Part shown: piece by piece, positions 18,309 through 27,147 of the stretch
How the letters are laid out: every line of letters starts with the position of its first letter
How positions within the stretch are numbered: the stretch's first letter is position 1
Source: Candidatus Latescibacterota bacterium
GTDB taxonomy: Bacteria; Latescibacterota; UBA2968; GCA-2709665
Assembly (NCBI GenBank): GCA_965222075.1
Contig: OZ244937.1
Coordinates: 1,888,001 to 1,952,000 of the forward strand
Length of the DNA: 64,000 nt
Direction: 5' to 3'
Notes under the pieces: generated by a model
Seen by the model: the letters and a program-made list of their open reading frames with translations, nothing else
Database searches by the model: none
What the model was told of the DNA's origin: nothing
Position numbers and translations under genes: made by a program

Positions 18309-19391
18309 TCAATTGTTCTCCGCTCCCTGCTCAACCCAGAGCCGGAACCGCTGGATCTCAGCCGGAGAGAAATAGGGCCCTCCCTGAGGCATTCGGTCCC
18401 CTGTGATCCCGGTGCTGCCTTCCAGTTTACGGATCAGATAGCTTGTATTGGGATCTTTCGGTTTCACCCGCTTGAGCGTCCCCTGCTGCTGGCTTGGCCG
18501 ATCCACCAGATCTGCCCAGGCCTTGCCCTGCTCCAGGACCAGGCGCCCGCCGGGGGGAAACCGGTCGCTGGTTGCGTGGCAGCCCACAAACGCGCAGCTG
18601 GCGTCAAACAACGGCTGTATCTGTAAGGCAAATGAGATCGTGGGCGTAAACCGGAAGGTCGCCCGGTCCCCTTGCCCTTCAACAACCCCGTCTCCGGTCA
18701 GGTCCCTCACGCCGCGCACCACCAGGGTATAGGACACCCCCGGTTCCTGGGGCGATGTGGTCAGCCGCACCCGGTCGGGCGCCTCTAACCGGGCATCCAC
18801 GACCAGCAGCTCCCCACCGCCGGTAATTTGATAGTTCCCCACAGACGCGGCAGAGGCCCTGTCCATCTCTTCACTGAAAGTCACCTCCACGCCCACGCTG
18901 TCCAGCGAAACCGCAGCCAGCACCGACGGCGGTACAGGGGGCGCCAACGAGCGGATCGCCCCTTCCCGAATCCATGCCTTGATCGCCCCGATCTGCGCAG
19001 GGGAAAGCGGCGGCCGACCCAGAGGCATTGGATCGCCGAACACCGCCCGCCCGGTTGGATCTTTTCCTTCCAGTTTCCAGATAAGCAGGCTGTTCTGGGA
19101 GTTCCCCGGAATCACATGGGGGCCGTTCTTGCTCGCCGTCGGATCCAGAAGTTCAGCATAGGACACATCCGCCGTGAGCACCAGCCTCGACTGCCGCTCC
19201 CCGGTACCCCCCAATTCGTGGCACCCCCCCGTACAGGACCGGTCAAAAACCCGTTGAACATCCCGGTCGTAAAATGCCGTCGCGCCCGGAGGCGACTGCA
19301 CGGTGGGCGCCTCGGTAAACAATACCGGGTCCCGGGGAGAGCTGCACCCCAGCATAAGAACGCAGATGGCGCAACACAGGAACCGATACAT
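18309..19391 (-). CDS. Lipoprotein with two planctomycete-type cytochrome c domains flanking an Ig-like domain
   Basis: Lipobox MLGC; heme motifs CTGGCH and CAFVGCH, each followed by 'S.L..KLEG...MP' and 'I..W.xxGA'; central Big_5-like 'VTFSEEMD...NYQI...YTLVVRGVRDLTG'. Confidence 0.8.
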   Translation of the reverse strand: MYRFLCCAICVLMLGCSSPRDPVLFTEAPTVQSPPGATAFYDRDVQRVFDRSCTGGCHELGGTGERQSRLVLTADVSYAELLDPTASKNGPHVIPGNSQNSLLIWKLEGKDPTGRAVFGDPMPLGRPPLSPAQIGAIKAWIREGAIRSLAPPVPPSVLAAVSLDSVGVEVTFSEEMDRASAASVGNYQITGGGELLVVDARLEAPDRVRLTTSPQEPGVSYTLVVRGVRDLTGDGVVEGQGDRATFRFTPTISFALQIQPLFDASCAFVGCHATSDRFPPGGRLVLEQGKAWADLVDRPSQQQGTLKRVKPKDPNTSYLIRKLEGSTGITGDRMPQGGPYFSPAEIQRFRLWVEQGAENN

Positions 19392-19399
19392 CTTTTAAC

Positions 19400-20590
19400 C
19401 TACCGGTGACAGTAGCCACAGAAACCCGCGCCGCTCGTCTGCGTATTCACATGACAGGCATAACAGAGAGAATGGGGATTGGCGTGGAAATCCCCCGTTC
19501 CGATCTGATCGGCAAACCGCCTTGGGTGGGTCCTGGGGTCGGTGCCCGCCACGCCGTCAAAATCTACGTGACACTGCATACAACTCGGGTCTTCCCCCTC
19601 CACATCGTGACAGGCCACACACCGCTCAATATCTCGACGCGCCCACGCTGCGTGCCGTCCCCCACCCGATCCCATCCCGGCCACCACCCAGGGGGTAGGA
19701 TCGCCCGGCAGGGGTCCGTGCCAGACCGGTTTGAACCGCGCTTCGTCTCCTTCAATCCGGTGACAGTCAACGCAGAACGATGTTGCATGACAGGTGGCGC
19801 ACTGCCGTTCTTTCCCAACAGCGTCCAGCGAATGCGTAAACCGGTAATTCAGTTCATGCTGCCGCTGGAGGATCTGTCCCACCCGCCCCCGGTCCTGCGG
19901 TGCCCCGGAAGCCATCCGTTCCGCAGGCCCCTCCAGCGCCACCGTCAAAGCCCCGGCATGGCAGTCTTCGCACCAGGTATCCTGGTGGCACTTGGCGCAG
20001 GGCATGTCGGCTGCGCGAGAATGTTGCTTATGCTCGTGAATCCAGTCGGCCCGGTGGTTCTGGGGACGAATGATCTCCACTTTGGGGTGGCAGGTATCGC
20101 AATCGTAGGGGGCCTCCGCATCCTGATGGCAGGTCAGACACTCCTCCATCACCGGCCAGTTCACCCGGCTGGCATAGTCGGTCCCGGTCATATTCCGGTG
20201 GCAGTCCTGGCAGACCATCTCCAGCTTGTCTAAGTGAAACTGGTGCGGGAAATCGATCACCCGTTCCGGATTCTCAAACGCCACCGGGTGCGCCGGATCC
20301 TGGTGGCACTTCTCGCACTGCGCCGGGTCCTCCACCTCCTCCTTGTGGCAGTCGGCGCAGGTCTCCTCCACAGGCAGAATATTGTCCGAGGCCGCCTTGC
20401 TGGTGGGCGCCTTGACGTGGCAATCGGTGCAAAACAGCCCGATATCCAGCAGGTGGTAGCGGTGGGAAAATTTGATGATCGCGCTCCGGTTCTGTTCGGG
20501 AATCGTAATCGGAATCTCCGCTTCGCCGGCCCATCCCCACCCTGAAACCAGCGCAAAAGCCGCTCCCACCCCCCACAGCAGAGCCCTCAT
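19400..20590 (-). CDS. Periplasmic multiheme cytochrome c (14 CxxCH)
   Basis: Signal peptide from ATG 20590; CTDCH, CADCH, CEKCH, CQDCH, CLTCH, CDTCH, CAKCH, CEDCH, CATCH, CVDCH, CVACH, CMQCH, CYACH, CGYCH; c7/c3-like 'FSH..H'. Confidence 0.95.
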   Translation of the reverse strand: MRALLWGVGAAFALVSGWGWAGEAEIPITIPEQNRSAIIKFSHRYHLLDIGLFCTDCHVKAPTSKAASDNILPVEETCADCHKEEVEDPAQCEKCHQDPAHPVAFENPERVIDFPHQFHLDKLEMVCQDCHRNMTGTDYASRVNWPVMEECLTCHQDAEAPYDCDTCHPKVEIIRPQNHRADWIHEHKQHSRAADMPCAKCHQDTWCEDCHAGALTVALEGPAERMASGAPQDRGRVGQILQRQHELNYRFTHSLDAVGKERQCATCHATSFCVDCHRIEGDEARFKPVWHGPLPGDPTPWVVAGMGSGGGRHAAWARRDIERCVACHDVEGEDPSCMQCHVDFDGVAGTDPRTHPRRFADQIGTGDFHANPHSLCYACHVNTQTSGAGFCGYCHR

Positions 20591-21912
20591 GGCGCCCCCC
20601 TCCCCGGTCCTGGCCCGATGAAAAACCACGTGGTCGCCCGAAAGAAAAACCGGAGGTCGTGCGACATGCCAGGAAAGGGGTTTGCCCTGGTCGCCAGCTT
20701 CAGGTCCTGCATCAGATTCTGTCCCTGCAGGCTCAACGACAGGTGCCGGCCTGGCCGGTAGGTGACCCCCAGCGTAGAGGTCACCACCGTACTGCGCGCC
20801 CCCTCCCCCTCATAGAGCCGGAACCTGGACAGGTGGAAACCGCCGTCCAACCAGACCTTCCGGTTCACCCGATAGCGCAGGCTTGCCGTTAGCCCGTCGG
20901 CAACGCCCCCATATCCCCTCCGCCGGATGTAGCCGGCATAGCCGTTCAACACATTGGCGCCCAGGTTGACCCGGTAGCCGTCATCCCCCTCGTAATCTAC
21001 CTTTGAAACCTCCCCGAAAAGGCTTAAGAAACGGTTAAACCGGTAATTTCCCCGGAATGACGCCTCCCGGTTGCTGCTGTGGGTAAAAAGGCTGAAAATG
21101 CTGTTTCGATCCACATAGGGTTTCCTGTAGAGCACCTCCCCCGAAAGGGTGAACCCGTGATAATAGTACCGCAACACCCCTTCCACCCGGCGCGTCTGCA
21201 GCTGGCCGGGCGTGCTCAAATCCCACCGCAGATACAAGCTGAGCAGCCGCCCCAGCCTTCGCTGCAGGTCAAACCCCACCATCTGCTGCTCCACCTCCCC
21301 GGCCTTAATCTCCAGGCTGCCAAGCCCCGCAGCGATCCGGCTGCTGCTGAGGTAGGGCCTGGCCTGACGGCTGCGCCGGTAGAAACTGACCCCAAGGGTG
21401 GTCTCCAGCAGCCGGGACGACATCAGGTGGGCCCCAAACATATGGCCCTCGCCCCACCCGCTCACTCCCTCCCGATCCACCGGGACCAGCGTCCCGACAT
21501 AGGCATCCAGCCGGCCCAGTCCTCCCAGGTCCACATCGGCGCGAATCCCGTCGATCCTCCCCACCCCCACACCGGCCAGCACCAGTTGCCGTCCGCCGGT
21601 GAGCACAAACCGGTCCTCACCCTCTTCCCACCGGAAATATCCGTGATAAAACCGATACTGCGGGTCGTTCCCGGCCCTGTGGCGCAGATCCAGAGAAGCG
21701 CGCAGGTAGGCCTGGAACGACAGCTCCGAACGCCCCAGTCCCATCACCCGAAACCGGGCCGTCTGATAGACCCGGAGGTCCCCACGGCTCACCGTATCCG
21801 GATACGACCGCTCAAAGGTATAAACCGCTGTGGTAAACCGCCCCGTAACCCCGGTTCCGCCGGCGGATCCTGCAAAGAGAAACAGGGCGGTTATCCCGTA
21901 TACCCAGCGCAT
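20587..21912 (-). CDS. Putative outer-membrane beta-barrel (porin of a porin-cytochrome cluster)
   Basis: Strong RBS and signal peptide; amphipathic strands; 'GGRQLV..GVG..RIDG'; last strand FFFRATTWFF; ATGA coupling to the cytochrome gene. Confidence 0.78.
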   Translation of the reverse strand: MRWVYGITALFLFAGSAGGTGVTGRFTTAVYTFERSYPDTVSRGDLRVYQTARFRVMGLGRSELSFQAYLRASLDLRHRAGNDPQYRFYHGYFRWEEGEDRFVLTGGRQLVLAGVGVGRIDGIRADVDLGGLGRLDAYVGTLVPVDREGVSGWGEGHMFGAHLMSSRLLETTLGVSFYRRSRQARPYLSSSRIAAGLGSLEIKAGEVEQQMVGFDLQRRLGRLLSLYLRWDLSTPGQLQTRRVEGVLRYYYHGFTLSGEVLYRKPYVDRNSIFSLFTHSSNREASFRGNYRFNRFLSLFGEVSKVDYEGDDGYRVNLGANVLNGYAGYIRRRGYGGVADGLTASLRYRVNRKVWLDGGFHLSRFRLYEGEGARSTVVTSTLGVTYRPGRHLSLSLQGQNLMQDLKLATRANPFPGMSHDLRFFFRATTWFFIGPGPGRGAP

Positions 21913-22013
21913 CGCCCCCCTCCTCCCATCGGTGTTCCCCAATAAAAAAACGGCCTTTAAAACCGAAGACCGATTTGACCGGCTAAGATCGGCCAGGGCC
22001 ATCCAAAACAAAG

Positions 22014-22117
22014 GCCCGGCCTGCTCAACCGCCTGTTATAGACATCAACCCACCTGACGTCGTGGGAAGGTCGTCAAGTGGGGCCATAACGGAGGTGGGG
22101 GAACAAGCAGACCGGGC
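22014..22117 (-). ncRNA. Candidate structured RNA (rod with C-rich loops) in the porin-operon leader
   Basis: Nested pairings on the minus strand: GCCCGGTCTGCTT/GAGCAGGCCGGGC, GTTATGG/CTATAAC, CCCACTTGACG/CGTCAGGTGGG. Mismatches read as G-U only on this strand. Confidence 0.45.
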
Positions 22118-22145
22118 AACCTCCATCTTTCCAAATACTTATTTA

Positions 22146-22174
22146 AAAATAACAAACCGAAGAGAAAAGCGCAA
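22146..22174 (-). promoter_or_regulatory. Possible sigma-70 promoter for the leader/porin operon
   Basis: Minus strand TTGCGC-17 nt-TATTTT. Confidence 0.4.
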
Positions 22175-22256
22175 CCCTCACCTCCTCCGGAGCATCTCCC
22201 TCCTCCCGGTCTATGCTCCCAATTTCGGGCCAGCGCTTCTTCTCCGCCGGCCCGGG

Positions 22257-23007
22257 TCAGGCCGACTTTCCAAACTGCTGGGCAAAGTTCACAAAATCCG
22301 GAAAATCCACAGCCCCATTGCCGTTCAGATCGTACTTCGGATCAAACCCGGCATCTTCGCTGCCTTTTCCAAAGTTGGTCGCAAACGCGACAAAATCGGT
22401 AAAATCCACCTTCCCGTCCCCGTTAAAATCGCCGGTCAGGCCGGCGCTGACATCCTCCTCAACCCTCAGCATATTCACAACCGAAATCGGCAGTGGGCTC
22501 CCAGCGTTGACAACAGGGCGGCGTAGGTCCCCAGTGGAACCTCCTGAATCAGCCGCAGCGTATCCCCCTCCACGGAATACCCCAGCGTATCCCGGATGAC
22601 AATCATCGTATCCGGCGTATCCAGCTCCAGAATCAGGCTGGTCTCCTCCAGCCGGTAGGTCCCCTCGTTCTGATTCTTAACGACAAAAACGGTATCTATT
22701 TTTATGGGGGCCCCCAAACCGGTCACGGAGCCCTTGGCCTTTGAGGATATCGTGTAATCTGCATCAAACATCTCATCCTCATCCAGTTCCAGCGTTCCGG
22801 ACACCGACCCGCTGACCGACAGCGAGTCAAGCCAATCGGCATCAGCGCGGGGACCACGTAGATCTGCAGGGCAGTACTGTCCGCTTTCCAGGTCCCCACC
22901 GGATTTCCCCCTTTGGCCTCCGGTTTTGCATCCAGCATCTGTGCGCCGGCCCCGGTAGACCAGAAGGCCAGCAGCCCGCCCAGCAGCACCAAAGTGATCT
23001 TGTGCAT
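22257..23007 (-). pseudogene. Exported lipocalin-like + dockerin/EF-hand protein split by two frameshifts (pseudogene or sequencing error)
   Basis: Signal peptide MHKITLVLLGG... from ATG 23007, continuing into ORF 22475-22804 and then ORF 22257-22478 (GDFNGDGKVDFTDF). Adding one base at each junction restores a single ORF. Confidence 0.75.
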
Positions 23008-23182
23008 CGAAATTCCTTTCTCAACCCACCGATTTTGATATTGACAGCCTGTCAGGCTATAATATATAAAAATATGAACCATTAAGCAAAAAAATATAAT
23101 TCCCGAGGGGGGCACAGTCTGTCCAGGTCGGAAAACCGGACAGAAACACCGCGCACCCCTCCCAGGAATTTTAAAACAGCTT

Positions 23183-24241
23183 CTAAGAATCCGGCTCAGC
23201 CTGGCCCCGAAATTCAGGTTTCTCCAGGCCGTAGGCGTTGTTCCCGATAGACGTCTTTCCGTCCGATCGCACGGACATGCCGTCGGGCTTCTGATAGAAC
23301 CAGTTGTTGTGAATATCTGCCTTCTCCTCAGGAACACCGCGAATAACAACCGCGGCCCTGGGACACCGGAACGTATTGTGATGCACCACCATCCAGGTAC
23401 CCGCGATCGTCGTCCCGTCCCTCCGGTCGCGCCCCCCGTGCATATCAAAACAGTGGCTCACCGAATGCCCGATCTCGATATTGTGTCTGGCCTCGTACCC
23501 GCTGCCCGGACTTCCGGTGCCCGCAATCGAGTGCCGATTGTAATTGAACAGATTGTACTCGATCAGTGAAAAGGCCGTGTTGTGGCTCACCCCGTAGCCC
23601 AGACCGTTGTACTGGTTGTGGTGGATAAAGTTGTGGTGGATGTGATGCCCGTCTCCCGCATCCAGCCGGACCGCGGCGTGGCTCCACCCCCCCAGTTCGC
23701 AGTTGTCCACCTCCAGCTCCGGATGCTTCATACTGATCCCGTCGGACGTGGGAAACTTGTAGTAGTATTCATGTCCCCGTCCCTTCGCAAACGACCTCCG
23801 GTGGTGTTCGAAACACGGCTTCGGATTCGGCCCGCCGATGCGCAGCCCGGTGATGCGCACGTTGGGACCCATCACGCGAATCAACGGGCTTGTCTTGAAG
23901 GTATCGCTGAAGATCATCCCGCCTCTGGCCCCATCCTGACCCCGGTTGCTCGCCAGCGTAACCCCCTCGGGCACCTCCAGCACGAGCTGTTCGATATACA
24001 CCCGCTCGGTGCAATCAATCTCCGCCTTCCCGTCCACATAGACCACATCTCCGGCCCCTGCGCCTTCCAGCGCCCCCAGCAATTCGTCCAGGGTGGATAC
24101 GGATCCCGAAGTTGGTGCAACCGGATTCGCATACCCCTTCCCGCCACCGATCGCACCCTGTCCACCGGGCTGCGCCCCACAGGTCTCCCCACCGACCTCG
24201 ACCCAGGTCTGGCCCAGCGCAGGCATCCTGGCATTGAACAT
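23183..24241 (-). CDS. Right-handed parallel beta-helix (pectin-lyase-like fold) protein
   Basis: ATG 24241 after AAGGAGG; 'VRITGLRI.GP', 'EVDNCEL', 'HIHHNFIHHN', 'IEYNLF', 'VHHNTF' repeats. Confidence 0.82.
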   Translation of the reverse strand: MFNARMPALGQTWVEVGGETCGAQPGGQGAIGGGKGYANPVAPTSGSVSTLDELLGALEGAGAGDVVYVDGKAEIDCTERVYIEQLVLEVPEGVTLASNRGQDGARGGMIFSDTFKTSPLIRVMGPNVRITGLRIGGPNPKPCFEHHRRSFAKGRGHEYYYKFPTSDGISMKHPELEVDNCELGGWSHAAVRLDAGDGHHIHHNFIHHNQYNGLGYGVSHNTAFSLIEYNLFNYNRHSIAGTGSPGSGYEARHNIEIGHSVSHCFDMHGGRDRRDGTTIAGTWMVVHHNTFRCPRAAVVIRGVPEEKADIHNNWFYQKPDGMSVRSDGKTSIGNNAYGLEKPEFRGQAEPDS

Positions 24242-24285
24242 TTTCACATCCTCCTTATTTCGATGGTTTTTATTTTCCCCGTCCC

Positions 24286-25116
24286 TCACAGCCATCTCAT
24301 CTCAAACGCATCGTCCCCCTTTCCGTAGATCAGCTTGCCGTATGCTTCCCAGGCCTCAATTTGCTGCGCATCGGGCCTGCTGCCATCCTCCAGCATGCCC
24401 AGATTCTCCCTCAGATGCGCCATCGTCGCCGGAGCCGTCAGCGCTGCGTGAACGGCCGGATAGCGCAGCACATACCGATAACAATCCGCGGCTGTTGGAA
24501 CCCGACCCGTCCAGTCCCGATGCCCCTTCAGCAGAGACCCCCAGCGCGTGCACGTAAACGCCACCACCGGAACCCCTGCCGCTTCCGCCGCCGGAAGCAC
24601 CTTCTCCTCTGCTCCCCTGTGCGCCATGTTGTAGCGGTGCATCAGCACCTCCACCCGCCCGCTCTCGATCAACTCGACCGCCAGCGCCCGGTTGTGCGCC
24701 GTCGCCCCCACGTACCGAACCTTCCCCGCCTCCTTCCATCTCCAGATCTCGTCGATCGCCCCCCCCTTGCCCAGGACCTCGTCCATATTGTCCGACGGTG
24801 ACACATATTCCGCAAAAAACAGATCGATCACATCCACGCCCAGCCGGCTGCGCACCCGATCCAGATACGCCCGCATCCGGGCCGGATCGCGAGACTCGGT
24901 CCCCGTGGCCACCACCACCGTCTCCCGTTTCCCCCTCAGCAGCCGCTCCAGGCCCGCAAGCATCCCCGAAAAGGAAAAACTGTAAAAAAAATAACCATTC
25001 ACCCCTGCCCTGTACGCCGCCTCCACAAACCGGCTCTCCGTATCCGGATTTCCGGCCAGCCCCAGCGGCCCCACATCCTCTCCCTGCATCGTCTTCAGAC
25101 GAATGGGACGACCCAT
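24286..25116 (-). CDS. Aldo/keto reductase family protein
   Basis: 'RLGVDVIDLF', 'GKVRYVGATAH', 'MHRYN', 'HLRENL'. Confidence 0.88.
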   Translation of the reverse strand: MGRPIRLKTMQGEDVGPLGLAGNPDTESRFVEAAYRAGVNGYFFYSFSFSGMLAGLERLLRGKRETVVVATGTESRDPARMRAYLDRVRSRLGVDVIDLFFAEYVSPSDNMDEVLGKGGAIDEIWRWKEAGKVRYVGATAHNRALAVELIESGRVEVLMHRYNMAHRGAEEKVLPAAEAAGVPVVAFTCTRWGSLLKGHRDWTGRVPTAADCYRYVLRYPAVHAALTAPATMAHLRENLGMLEDGSRPDAQQIEAWEAYGKLIYGKGDDAFEMRWL

Positions 25117-25165
25117 AAGCCCCTCTCCTGTAAGCCGCCCCGCCTCACGCGACGCGCCTGTCCAC

Positions 25166-25507
25166 TCAGCTGGCCTCCAGATCGTAAACCTGCTCCATCA
25201 TCGCCCACCACTCGTCTTCGCCCGCCTCCGGGACCTTCTCCTGGTAGGTACGCATCAGATCGTCCCACGCTTTGCATCCGGGGTGCTGCTCCAGATATCG
25301 TGGAAAGTCCCGCCGGGCAACAAAATCGTCGTCCGATTCCATATACATAAACAGCCGTCTCCCCAGCAGGAAAATCTTCATCGTGGTGATCCCGACCTCC
25401 CGCAGCGCCGCTTCAACCTCGGGCCACACATTCCGGTGGTATTCCTTATAGCGCTCGATCACCTGGCGATCGTCTTTCAGGTTCAGGGTCAATCCGAATG
25501 CTTTCAT
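25166..25507 (-). CDS. rhaM: L-rhamnose mutarotase family protein
   Basis: 'ERYKEYHRNVWPEV..ALREVGI..MKIF...LFMYME', 'W..LM..YQ'. Confidence 0.85.
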   Translation of the reverse strand: MKAFGLTLNLKDDRQVIERYKEYHRNVWPEVEAALREVGITTMKIFLLGRRLFMYMESDDDFVARRDFPRYLEQHPGCKAWDDLMRTYQEKVPEAGEDEWWAMMEQVYDLEAS

Positions 25508-25512
25508 ATTGT

Positions 25513-27135
25513 TTACGCCTTTGATCTCCCGGGTAGATCCACCCGGTCCAGAATCCGTTGAAAATTTCCGGCAAGGATCTTCTTCCGCGTCTCCACCGAC
25601 AGGTCTGCCCAGAGCACCCACCCCAGCTGCTGCCGGGGATCCCGCATGGGCGCATCCGTCCCGAAAATCACATGATCCTCATCCGTGGCCTCCACAAGAT
25701 ATTCCACCACCCGGTTCGTCACGGCCGTGTACGTCAGTTCCGCGTACACGTTCGGGTGCTCCTGAATACAGGTCGCCACCTCCTCGGCATACGCCCAGCT
25801 CTTCCCCGAATGCGCAATCAGCCAGCTCACCTGCGGAAACCGCTCCGCCAGTCGCGCAACACACGCCACGCCGCCGGTGTAGGGCATCGTGTGGATCAGG
25901 GCGTAGAGCCAGTGTGCGTTCCCGAATTCCCACCAGGGTGTAAACACATCATCGTCGTAGTGCAGTCCCATCCGGTGGTAGGGCTTCATCCCCACAAACC
26001 CCTGCTCTACGTGCCGCAACCGGACCTCCGCCTCCATCTCTTCCCGTGTCATATGCGTCGGATCGATCGTGGCCAGCCCAAAGACCTCATCTCCAAACCG
26101 CTGCATTGCCCGCCAGACGATATCATTCCCATCCTGCGCGTCGGTGCAGACCGGCCCGTTCCAGCTCATCATCGCAATCCGGTCGATTCCGCACCAGTGA
26201 TTCACCTCCAGCATCCCCTCCGCATCCCCATCGTACATCAGACGCGCATCCTTGTTGCTGGCGGCAAACTGCCCCCCCTCGTGCAGCACGTGGGCGTGCG
26301 CATCGATCACCGGCACAGACAGTGGACGCCCCTCCCGCGCCCCGGTCACAATCGGGTCGCCCTCCCGCTGCGCCGCCGCCTCCGGCCCCTGCCCTCTCAA
26401 AAGCCGCTTCAGATTCTCTCCGGCGATCCTCCGCTTCGACACCTCCGGAATCTGCGCATAGTCGATGTACGCCCGGGCCGCGCCGGGAGACATCTCCGTC
26501 ATCCCGGTCCCGAACAACAGCCGCTCATCTCCAAAATCAGCCGTATATTTTTCCACCCCCCGGTTGACCTGATAGGCTGAGAACTCGATGTGGAGGTTCT
26601 CGTGAAGCTGCATCAACCGGTACACGTGCCGCTGGTGCGCCCAGGACAGCCCCGTGAGCAGTGCCGGCAGCCGGGGGTAGCGGGAGAGAAGCTCGTGAAA
26701 AACCGAAAAAAGATTCGCGCCTCCCCATCCTGCGGGCAGCAGGGTGAGCATATCATGGTCTTGCAACGCCTCGAACGTTTCCCCCATCACCTCCGGATGT
26801 AGTGAAAATCCCCCAGGTTCGATACGCGCCGCCCGGATATCCGCCTCCGCCATCGCACCGATCATCTCCTCCCCGGTCTTGAAGAACCCCGGCTCCCCGG
26901 TCGGCACAATGCACCAGACCCCGAAGAGCCGCTCCGGGGCCTTGCTCAGTTCCTGTCTCAACCTGTTGTTTCCGTAAATCACATCGTAGCTCACCGCCAC
27001 CCCGTGCACGGCCAGCGCCCCCGAAATTCCGGCCAGGTCCATATCCTCTAAAAGATGCTCCGTGGACCACCGCCCCCGGCGGTGCTTCATCGGCCGCTGA
27101 CCGAGTGTCGCATGACAGTCGAAGTAGAGCAACAA
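25513..27135 (-). CDS. Two-domain amidohydrolase-family protein (copy 1)
   Basis: N-domain DCH...LLFGT; C-domain IDAHAH, GMKPY, LIAHSG, IFGTDAP. Confidence 0.88.
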   Translation of the reverse strand: MLLYFDCHATLGQRPMKHRRGRWSTEHLLEDMDLAGISGALAVHGVAVSYDVIYGNNRLRQELSKAPERLFGVWCIVPTGEPGFFKTGEEMIGAMAEADIRAARIEPGGFSLHPEVMGETFEALQDHDMLTLLPAGWGGANLFSVFHELLSRYPRLPALLTGLSWAHQRHVYRLMQLHENLHIEFSAYQVNRGVEKYTADFGDERLLFGTGMTEMSPGAARAYIDYAQIPEVSKRRIAGENLKRLLRGQGPEAAAQREGDPIVTGAREGRPLSVPVIDAHAHVLHEGGQFAASNKDARLMYDGDAEGMLEVNHWCGIDRIAMMSWNGPVCTDAQDGNDIVWRAMQRFGDEVFGLATIDPTHMTREEMEAEVRLRHVEQGFVGMKPYHRMGLHYDDDVFTPWWEFGNAHWLYALIHTMPYTGGVACVARLAERFPQVSWLIAHSGKSWAYAEEVATCIQEHPNVYAELTYTAVTNRVVEYLVEATDEDHVIFGTDAPMRDPRQQLGWVLWADLSVETRKKILAGNFQRILDRVDLPGRSKA

Positions 27136-27147
27136 CCTGCCCCCCCT

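Noticed and set aside
22014-22117. Rod-like RNA as SRP or 6S RNA
   Set aside because: Lacks the SRP CAGG-N-GNRA-N-AGCA core and is too short for 6S; kept only as an unknown structure.
23041-23058. TGACAG-C-CTGTCA palindrome as an FNR box
   Set aside because: Does not fit TTGAT-N4-ATCAA. It may be another operator, but there is no supporting evidence.
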